IMG/VR virus record: IMGVR_UViG_3300015241_000015
Location: 17,926 to 81,925 of that record
Length of the DNA: 64,000 nucleotides
Direction: 5' to 3' (one strand)
Source: a virus
In this document: positions 60,419 through 64,000 of the stretch, in pieces
How positions within the stretch are numbered: position 1 is the first letter of the stretch
How the letters are laid out: each line of letters begins with the position of its first letter
Made by a program: the position numbers and the translations under genes
The notes under the pieces: model-generated
Told to the model about the DNA's origin: nothing
The model's input: only the letters and a program-made list of their open reading frames with translations
Database searches by the model: none

Positions 60419-62886
60419 TGCGCAACTGGGCTATTTTGTTGCTGTTAGTTTCAAGCCTGTGCTGGGGGCAAACCAGAACGGGCGGGGGAAATGCCGGTGG
60501 GGTCAGCCGACGATTTGCTGGAGTTCCAAGTGGGGCCTGCGTAGCTACCGATCTCGCGGTTGATACCACCACGGGCACTCTCTATTCGTGCAACGCCACC
60601 GTCTGGCAGGTAATCAGTAGCGGTGGTGGGGCCGTGTCCTCGGTCTTTACCAGAACTGGCGCCGTTGCTGCGGGGACTGGCGATTACACTGCGGCTCAAG
60701 TCACCAATGCTCTGGACACTAGCGTAACGCAGACGGCTAACAAGGTCTATGCTGGACCGACATCGGGCGGGGCTGCCGCTCCTACTTTTAGACTTCTAGT
60801 TGCTGGTGACGTTCCGGCTACATCAACCCTATGGTCTGGATTGGGCGATCCGACCGGCAATCTAGGATTGACGATGGGAAGTAACACATCCACGTTCACT
60901 TTCAATGCTACGACTGGTTCAAGTGATCTGTTCAAAATCACAGACACAAGCAGTAACTCAGGAACTGGAGCACTGTTTTCCGCAATCAAGGCAGCAGGTT
61001 CGTCTACTATACCAGTACGATTAAAGCAGCTTCAAAATAGCGACACGCAGCCATTACTGCAAGCTGAAAATTCTAATGCGGCGGTAAAGCTTGGTTTGTA
61101 CCCTGGGGATATTGGAGGTACTGGAACTGCTCGCATCGATGCGACAGGGGGAGCATTCCTTTTGACTCGTGGCGGTACGAGTTCTCAACTGCTGGGGTTC
61201 TCCGGAATAGACACAACCAAATGGCTCATGACTGCGACATCCAACTACGACGGCGCCACTGGCGGGGAAATCGGATTCCTGTTTAACAATCTGAAGACTA
61301 TCACTTCTTCGGTTTCGCTGCTGTCTGTTCAGAATAACGGAACGGAAATATTCTCTGTAAAAAAGGCTGGCATCGCAGCGCCCTCTATCACCTTTCCCGA
61401 CGCCACGGTTCAGTCCACGGCGGCCGCCAGCACATCGGTCAACGCGCAGACCGGGACGACTTATACGGTGCTGTCTACCGATTCCGGAAAACTGGTCACT
61501 TTCAACAACGCTTCCGCTCAGGCGATAACGCTGCCGCAAGCTACTACGACCGGATTTGGTTCAGGCTTCTTTTTGTATGTTGAAAGTCTGGGCGCGGGCG
61601 TAGTGACAATCACGCCGACCACGTCCACTATCAATGGCGCTTCCAGTGTTAAGTTGACGCAAGATAAAGGTCTGATAATCTTTTCCGACGGCACTAATTA
61701 CCAAGTTAAATTCGGTACTAGCAACTTCATCAACACCGTTGGGACAAATAACACGTTCGTTGGCTCTAGCACTGGGAATTTAACCACAACAGGTACTGGA
61801 CAAAATACAGCTTTAGGTGTAAGTGCTTTAACTGCGCTTGGAACGGCTTCTAACGATACGGCCGTTGGATATCAATCTCTTTTTTCTATTACTAATACTG
61901 CTACTCAAAATACTGCTGTCGGTTCTCAATCTCTAAAAAACAATATTACTGCTACTGGTAACACGGCTGTTGGTTATCTAGCCCTTAGAGATGTAGGAGC
62001 TGCCGGAAATGGCGCTAGTAATACTGCTGTTGGTTGGGCAGCAGGAAATGCCACTACTACTGGAGCAAATAATGTTGCCATCGGTTCAGGGGCAATGCAG
62101 AATGCTGTTGTAACAGGTAGCAGCAATGTAGCTATTGGTTCACCCAGTGCTATCGGGTTATCTTCAGGCTCGGAAAATGTAATGATCGGAAACAGTTCAG
62201 GAGGCAGTATTACGACTGGTAGTGACAACATAACAATCGGGAATGCTGGCTTTCCCGACATAACTACAGGCAGCAAGAATATCTCTATAGGTTACAACGT
62301 AAACGTCCCAACGAATACAGGGTCAAATCAGATGACACTCGGAAATCTGATCTATGCTACTGGCTTGGATGGAACCACTTCCACGATTTCCACCGGAAGC
62401 GTTGGCGTAGGCGTTAAAGTTCCAAACACGAAACTCGACGTCAATGGTTTCATCAACACCACCGGCCAGAAGAGAGTATCTACCCAGTTCGACAAAGCCT
62501 CCGACACCACACTAGCCAACATCACTGGGCTATCCATCACTGTTACGGCGGGGCGTACCTACCATTTTGTGGCGACTCTCCACGTCACCGGGGATGTGGT
62601 AGGCGGGCAGAAGTATGCGATTGGCGGTACGGCCACCGCCACCAATATCATTTACGAGATTTCCACTATCTCTAACGCAGCGAACGCAATTGTTATTTCC
62701 TCGAAACAAACTGCCTTAGGCGGTAGCGCAGGGCAGGCCGGCGCCATCGACGATTTCACCAAAATCGAAGGCACGATCACAGTGAATGCCGGTGGAACAC
62801 TTACGGCTCAATTCGCTGAGAATGCTGCCAGTGGAACATCGTCGGTCCTGGCGGGATCGACATTCATTGCTGAGGACATCCAGTAG
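60418..62886 (+). CDS. Tail fibre-like protein with N-terminal signal peptide and Hep/Hag-like NTAVG repeats
   Basis: MRNWAILLLLVSSLCWG-Q; VSSVFTRTGAV; NAQTGTTYT; repeated NTAVG/NVAIG; TAATG coupling at 60418. Confidence 0.8.
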   Translation: MRNWAILLLLVSSLCWGQTRTGGGNAGGVSRRFAGVPSGACVATDLAVDTTTGTLYSCNATVWQVISSGGGAVSSVFTRTGAVAAGTGDYTAAQVTNALDTSVTQTANKVYAGPTSGGAAAPTFRLLVAGDVPATSTLWSGLGDPTGNLGLTMGSNTSTFTFNATTGSSDLFKITDTSSNSGTGALFSAIKAAGSSTIPVRLKQLQNSDTQPLLQAENSNAAVKLGLYPGDIGGTGTARIDATGGAFLLTRGGTSSQLLGFSGIDTTKWLMTATSNYDGATGGEIGFLFNNLKTITSSVSLLSVQNNGTEIFSVKKAGIAAPSITFPDATVQSTAAASTSVNAQTGTTYTVLSTDSGKLVTFNNASAQAITLPQATTTGFGSGFFLYVESLGAGVVTITPTTSTINGASSVKLTQDKGLIIFSDGTNYQVKFGTSNFINTVGTNNTFVGSSTGNLTTTGTGQNTALGVSALTALGTASNDTAVGYQSLFSITNTATQNTAVGSQSLKNNITATGNTAVGYLALRDVGAAGNGASNTAVGWAAGNATTTGANNVAIGSGAMQNAVVTGSSNVAIGSPSAIGLSSGSENVMIGNSSGGSITTGSDNITIGNAGFPDITTGSKNISIGYNVNVPTNTGSNQMTLGNLIYATGLDGTTSTISTGSVGVGVKVPNTKLDVNGFINTTGQKRVSTQFDKASDTTLANITGLSITVTAGRTYHFVATLHVTGDVVGGQKYAIGGTATATNIIYEISTISNAANAIVISSKQTALGGSAGQAGAIDDFTKIEGTITVNAGGTLTAQFAENAASGTSSVLAGSTFIAEDIQ

Positions 62887-62888
62887 CC

Positions 62889-64000
62889 ATGAGACGCCTT
62901 ATTTACATTCTGGCGATAGTCCTACTGAGCGCCCTCGACTGCTGGGCTCAGATTTGCGCTCACTATCCCAAGACCCCGGTACAGACGAGCAGCGGCCAAG
63001 CCGTTCCGTTTCCGATCGTTCGGGTATGCGCGGAGCCGGCCACTGGCCTAACCTGTACGCCGCTGGTGAATCTCTTTAGCGACCGGGCTTGCACTCAGGC
63101 GCTGCCGAATCCCATGACCGGAGACGCCCGTGGGAATGTGGATTTCTATACCCCGGCGGCCCGTGTGCATCTTCAAGAAAAGGGTTCGTTCATCAGCCAG
63201 ATCGACATATCCGATGTCTCGGTGGCCGATCCACTACAGCCGGTGTGGGCCGCTCAAGCGCAGCAAACCTGTTCAAGTACGGTCGCTTGGGATACGGGCG
63301 CATCCACCATCTTCAACACGCTCTTGACCGGAAACTGCACAGCCAGCGTAGCCAATGCCGTGATAGGCCGCGTGATCCAGGTCAAGATCGTCCAGGATGG
63401 AGTGGGGTCGAGGACGCTGACTTGGCCGGGAAGTTTTGCCAATCCTTGCACGGTGGCGGCGGGAGTGAATGCGGTCACGGACGCCAGTTTCTGGTTCGAT
63501 GGGACGACCTGGAATTTGTTTGGCGGATGCGGTGGGAGTTCGCAATTCATTGCGCCCAGTTCCCCTGGAGCAACGACGACTACCAGTGGCGCCATTGTGT
63601 TCGATTCGACCAACAAGAACTACCACTTCGGCGGCAACGGCGTGGATAACATCGGGGCACTGGTTCCGTCCAGCGTGACCATTACGAACGGGGATTGCCC
63701 CAAGTGGAGTTTGATATCCGGGACTGTCACCTTGGGAGATACCGGGGGGCCGTGTTCATCCCCCCTTACGATCGCGGCGACAGCCAACAATTTCCTGACA
63801 TCCTACACGGCGGCCACGGGAGCCTTCACTCAGGCTCGACCATCATTCGCCAATCTCTCCGGGTCACTGGCGTCAACGCAATTGCCGAACCCTCTGGCTT
63901 CTACGCGAATCGTGGATGGCGTGACCTTCACCACGATCCAGAGCGCCATAACCGACGCCTGCGCCAACACGCCTCACGCTTCGGTATTCATTCCAGCGGG
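62889..64000 (+). CDS. Tailspike-like protein with signal peptide (runs off the window)
   Basis: MRRLIYILAIVLLSALDCWA-Q; LFSD...LPNPMTGDARGNVDFY head-binding-like motif; TIQSAITDAC...VFIPAG beta-helix start. Confidence 0.75.
   Translation, partial: MRRLIYILAIVLLSALDCWAQICAHYPKTPVQTSSGQAVPFPIVRVCAEPATGLTCTPLVNLFSDRACTQALPNPMTGDARGNVDFYTPAARVHLQEKGSFISQIDISDVSVADPLQPVWAAQAQQTCSSTVAWDTGASTIFNTLLTGNCTASVANAVIGRVIQVKIVQDGVGSRTLTWPGSFANPCTVAAGVNAVTDASFWFDGTTWNLFGGCGGSSQFIAPSSPGATTTTSGAIVFDSTNKNYHFGGNGVDNIGALVPSSVTITNGDCPKWSLISGTVTLGDTGGPCSSPLTIAATANNFLTSYTAATGAFTQARPSFANLSGSLASTQLPNPLASTRIVDGVTFTTIQSAITDACANTPHASVFIPA

Larger units (their letters stand above)
1..64000. mobile_element. Temperate tailed phage genome segment (excised/attP form)
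   Basis: Integrase, Xis, Bet/Exo, primase-helicase, terminase, portal, capsid, endolysin and tail genes; no host housekeeping genes; phage genes on both sides of the att core. Confidence 0.95.

Overview
This window is about 64 kb of a temperate tailed-phage (Caudoviricetes) genome. It appears to be in the excised, unintegrated state: phage genes flank an attP-like 3' half of tRNA-Gln(CUG) that lies inside the integrase gene. From left to right it carries: (1) a leftward replication/recombination operon (primase-helicase, Dam, RAMP/Cas7-like protein, Int/Xis, Gp37/68-like protein, exonuclease, Bet, XRE regulator); (2) BrnTA and accessory genes; (3) a leftward cluster of small early-type ORFs; (4) a 1.4-kb non-coding, motif-rich, strand-skewed region that may be the genome terminus; (5) accessory genes and a secreted-protease moron; (6) lysis, terminase, portal, scaffold, capsid, adaptor and tail genes. 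Two candidate RNA-guided systems stand out. The first (41174-44758) is a nuclease-dead TnpB/Cas12f-like protein with an N-terminal Zn finger. It is followed by a duplicated structured scaffold RNA and about 38 ultra-short 12-nt repeats (GGTCACYTCGGG) with 1-36 nt spacers, mixed with a few full 36-38 nt palindromic CRISPR-like repeats, and one whole gene lies between two repeats. The second (5479-6274) is a RAMP/Cas7-like gene divergent from a 23-unit GGY-NN pentamer RNA (VIPR-like). Its variable dinucleotides, read as codon positions 1-2, spell a tyrosine-integrase motif (ATINRxLxxLKRMF) that is not the phage's own. Also found: two homologous type-I-toxin-like loci, a nonsense-inactivated brnT, and tail proteins with Sec-type signal peptides. 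All family assignments come from motif recognition by eye; no database searches were run.
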